Shown piece by piece: positions 14,825-16,887 of a stretch of DNA of 16,887 nucleotides. The notes below the pieces were generated by a model. That model did no database searches. It was not told where the DNA came from and saw only the letters and a list, made by a program, of their open reading frames with translations. The DNA lies in assembly GCA_037442925.1 (NCBI GenBank), contig JBBIPG010000051.1:1-16887 (forward strand), given 5' to 3'. This DNA comes from Candidatus Fraserbacteria bacterium. GTDB lineage: Bacteria; Bipolaricaulota; Bipolaricaulia; RBG-16-55-9. Position numbers and translations under genes: made by a program. Numbering within the stretch: position 1 is the first letter of the stretch; the number at the start of each line of letters is the position of its first letter.

Positions 14825-15955
14825 TCAGAACGGAGGCAGCGATAGATTCTGTTGCACGGTACTGCACTGCTGAGTTGTAAGATTCACCCCAGACCCAGTT
14901 ACACCCTGGGTGTCCATCAAAGTCTGTGATACGTGTGGAAGGCCGAAGTCGTGGCCCAACTCGTGTGCCGTAACTCGAATATGGTCAGTTGGTTTGAAGA
15001 TCTCACTACTGATGGGATCTACCCAAATAGCGTTCCAAAGAATGACTGCAACTCGCCCGGGTACTTGAGCCCATCCCGCTAGACCAAAGACATTTCCCAC
15101 GATGAACAAATTGCGATCATCTTTGGTGATCGTTTGCCCTTGCGCTTGGAGGACTTCACGAAAGACAGCAACTGCCTCATCTAGCCGGGGAAGAGTCCTG
15201 TCGTCACGGATGAGGACTTTACCTTGCTCTCCTTCGCCGAAGATTGAATTCAAAGTGCCTCCACTTGGCAAGCTGACATTTTGGGGACGCACAACTTTGA
15301 CTACTCCTAGATCGAAACCAATTCCGCACTGATCCCAAATGCCGGTCAGATCTGGCAGAACCGCCTCTTGAAATACTCTGCGCACATCGGCCTGAGGCTC
15401 TCCAAGGGCAGCTGTGGGATCTGCGAACATGGCTCCTTCAGCAAGTTCCGTCGCGTTATCCTCGAAGACAAAGAAGTTCAAGGTCACGTTTGTGCTGATT
15501 GGTCGCACCGTAGCTTGTTCTTCATCGTAGTTGGTAGCTGGCACCACTAAGCAGTTGAAGACGAAAAGAGCGGGAGCGCTTCTGTTACCAGCTTTGTCGA
15601 AGAGAATGAGCTTTATTGCCACTCGAACGGGTATGATGTTGCACCTCACATCAAATGTGAAGTTCCCTTCGGTAACCCCTGCGACATCGGGTTCGACTAC
15701 AAAGTGTCCGCCCAAGATCCCTCCGTCTACAATTCCGAAACGAGCTTTAGCGAGGTCCCCATCGGGATCTGTGAACTGGACTTTGCCTTGAGCCTTGCCC
15801 GATACGTCCGTCGGGAATTCAATCTTGACGATGCTCGGTGGACTGCCGCTTTGGGATTGGCTTATGTGTACGTTGCCTGCCAGAAGTGCCAAACTCAGCG
15901 CGAACGCCCCGAGAATGTGGGCGACCCGCTTGTGACTCAGACACCGAATTGTCAT
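14825..15955 (-). CDS. Secreted zinc metalloprotease (metzincin clan) with an N-terminal Ig-like domain
   Basis: Signal peptide, SD AGGAGGG, zinc motif HELGHDFGLPH (HExxHxxGxxH) followed by a Met-turn candidate TLM. The N-terminal beta-sandwich-like segment contains FTDPDGD...DKAGNRS. Confidence 0.8.
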   Translation of the reverse strand: MTIRCLSHKRVAHILGAFALSLALLAGNVHISQSQSGSPPSIVKIEFPTDVSGKAQGKVQFTDPDGDLAKARFGIVDGGILGGHFVVEPDVAGVTEGNFTFDVRCNIIPVRVAIKLILFDKAGNRSAPALFVFNCLVVPATNYDEEQATVRPISTNVTLNFFVFEDNATELAEGAMFADPTAALGEPQADVRRVFQEAVLPDLTGIWDQCGIGFDLGVVKVVRPQNVSLPSGGTLNSIFGEGEQGKVLIRDDRTLPRLDEAVAVFREVLQAQGQTITKDDRNLFIVGNVFGLAGWAQVPGRVAVILWNAIWVDPISSEIFKPTDHIRVTAHELGHDFGLPHVSQTLMDTQGVTGSGVNLTTQQCSTVQQNLSLPPF

Positions 15956-15987
15956 CTCGATCCCTCCTATATGGAAGCGATGCCCTG

Positions 15988-16413
15988 TTACTGAGTCACT
16001 ACAACTTCCAGAACTGAGTGTTGGGTAATCAGATGAAAGTGCTTATCCTGGTGAAGCAAGCGGCACTTATTGTCGATCGCTGTTTGAGCGATCACGACAT
16101 CGATGGTAGGAACAACTATGCCCTTACGCCTTAGCTTGAACGAGAGCTTGGCCGCCTTCTCCCACGTTGTTTCCGGTGTACTCAAATAATGCAGCGCCTG
16201 TAGCCTCTCTCTGAGCCTGTTGTACTCCGCCTCATTCTTGGCCCCTTGCAACAGCTCACACAACACGATTCCGTTGACTGCAAGCAAGTTCTTCTCTAGG
16301 GCCTCCGCAAGCACCTGCTTGAGCGCCTCGTAGCCTTTTCTATGGAATGCCGCAATCCACGCTGAGGTATCCGCAAGGATCTTGGGGCCAGTGTCTTGAG
16401 CTTCAGCCTTCAT
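15988..16413 (-). CDS. vapC: PIN-domain ribonuclease toxin, VapC family
   Basis: Acidic tetrad ILADTSAWI, LCELLQG, TIDVVIA, HQDKHF. Overlaps the upstream antitoxin by 11 nt. Confidence 0.92.
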   Translation of the reverse strand: MKAEAQDTGPKILADTSAWIAAFHRKGYEALKQVLAEALEKNLLAVNGIVLCELLQGAKNEAEYNRLRERLQALHYLSTPETTWEKAAKLSFKLRRKGIVVPTIDVVIAQTAIDNKCRLLHQDKHFHLITQHSVLEVVVTQ

Positions 16414-16606
16414 CGCGAATCTTGTGGAGTTCTTCCAGTGTCATCCCGTGCTCGTAATTAGCAATCATGGCGCGTAGTTCCTCACGCCGTTTCATTCGTA
16501 TGTATTCTTCGATTGCCGTGGTAATGGCACGCTTTTTCGTCTTGGCACCGCTCAATTTCAGCACTTCTTCCAGCAGATCCTCATCCAGTTCCAGTGTGGT
16601 ACGCAC
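16403..16606 (-). CDS. vapB: VapB family antitoxin (RHH-like)
   Basis: The start is re-placed at GTG 16606 (SD GAGGGTGA), giving MRTTLELDEDLLEEVLKLSGAKTKKRAI..AIEEYIR. Confidence 0.9.
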   Translation of the reverse strand: MRTTLELDEDLLEEVLKLSGAKTKKRAITTAIEEYIRMKRREELRAMIANYEHGMTLEELHKIRDEG

Positions 16607-16621
16607 AACTATCACCCTCTT

Positions 16622-16659
16622 TAAGGCATAATTATATGCCACTTTTTTATGCCTTACAA
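16622..16659 (-). promoter_or_regulatory. vapBC promoter with overlapping palindromic operator
   Basis: Minus strand TTGTAA (16659-16654), 17 nt, TATAAT (16636-16631). Inverted repeats TAAGGCATAA (16622-16631) / TTATGCCTTA (16647-16656) and GGCATA-ATTA-TATGCC (16625-16640). Confidence 0.8.
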
Positions 16660-16678
16660 GGTGCGCAATAGTGATTCT

Positions 16679-16885
16679 TCATGTGCACGGCTCCCCAAAC
16701 TCGAAGACGGAGAGTGTGCCGCTTTGGTAGTTCGTCACATACGCCCGATCCTTGATGATCGCCACACTTTGCGGCTCTCGGGCCGTCGGGTCTTGGGCTG
16801 CTACATACTGGCCGTCAGACACGTCCATCAGAGAGACCCAGTTAGGAACCGAACTAGGCCCAGTACCAAGAGCCCTAGTGCCTGC
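16679..16885 (-). CDS. 3' end of a YVTN-repeat beta-propeller (YncE-like) protein, continuing beyond the window
   Basis: Not in the ORF track. Manual translation gives AGTRALGTGPSSVPNWVSLMDVSDGQYVAAQDPTAREPQSVAIIKDRAYVTNYQSGTLSVFEFGEPCT*, with stop TGA at 16681-16679. Confidence 0.75.
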   Translation of the reverse strand, partial: AGTRALGTGPSSVPNWVSLMDVSDGQYVAAQDPTAREPQSVAIIKDRAYVTNYQSGTLSVFEFGEPCT

Positions 16886-16887
16886 CC

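Noticed and set aside
1..16887. CRISPR array, tandem repeats, IS elements, riboswitches
   Set aside because: The window is almost fully coding with short intergenic gaps. I saw no repeat-spacer periodicity, transposase or recognisable aptamer.

Overview
This is a gene-dense, moderately GC-rich bacterial window with no CRISPR array, rRNA or transposase. From left to right it holds: a Uma2-family nuclease; a minus-strand run of extended-SDR oxidoreductase, serine-palmitoyltransferase-like PLP enzyme, MFS exporter, small chimeric-looking membrane ORF, LolE/FtsX-like permease and LolA-like protein; and a plus-strand operon of archaeal-type metallophosphoesterase, folB, folK and a C-terminally short RNase E/G. 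These are followed by a stand-alone IPMDH/IDH-family dehydrogenase, tRNA-Val(CAC), an operon of secreted PDZ protein plus LolD/MacB-like ATPase and permease, a PaaI thioesterase, a secreted metzincin protease, a vapBC module with an operator-bearing promoter, and the 3' end of a YVTN beta-propeller gene. The best candidate for an undescribed system is the SDR-SPT-MFS-(LolE/LolA-like) run, which could be a sphingolipid or aminolipid synthesis and export locus. Other leads are a possible ATT start for the RNase, a naturally Zn-link-less RNase E/G, a phosphoesterase that may fill a folate pathway hole, and an NADP-signature dehydrogenase with a non-canonical substrate loop. All calls come from motif recognition by eye; no searches were run.
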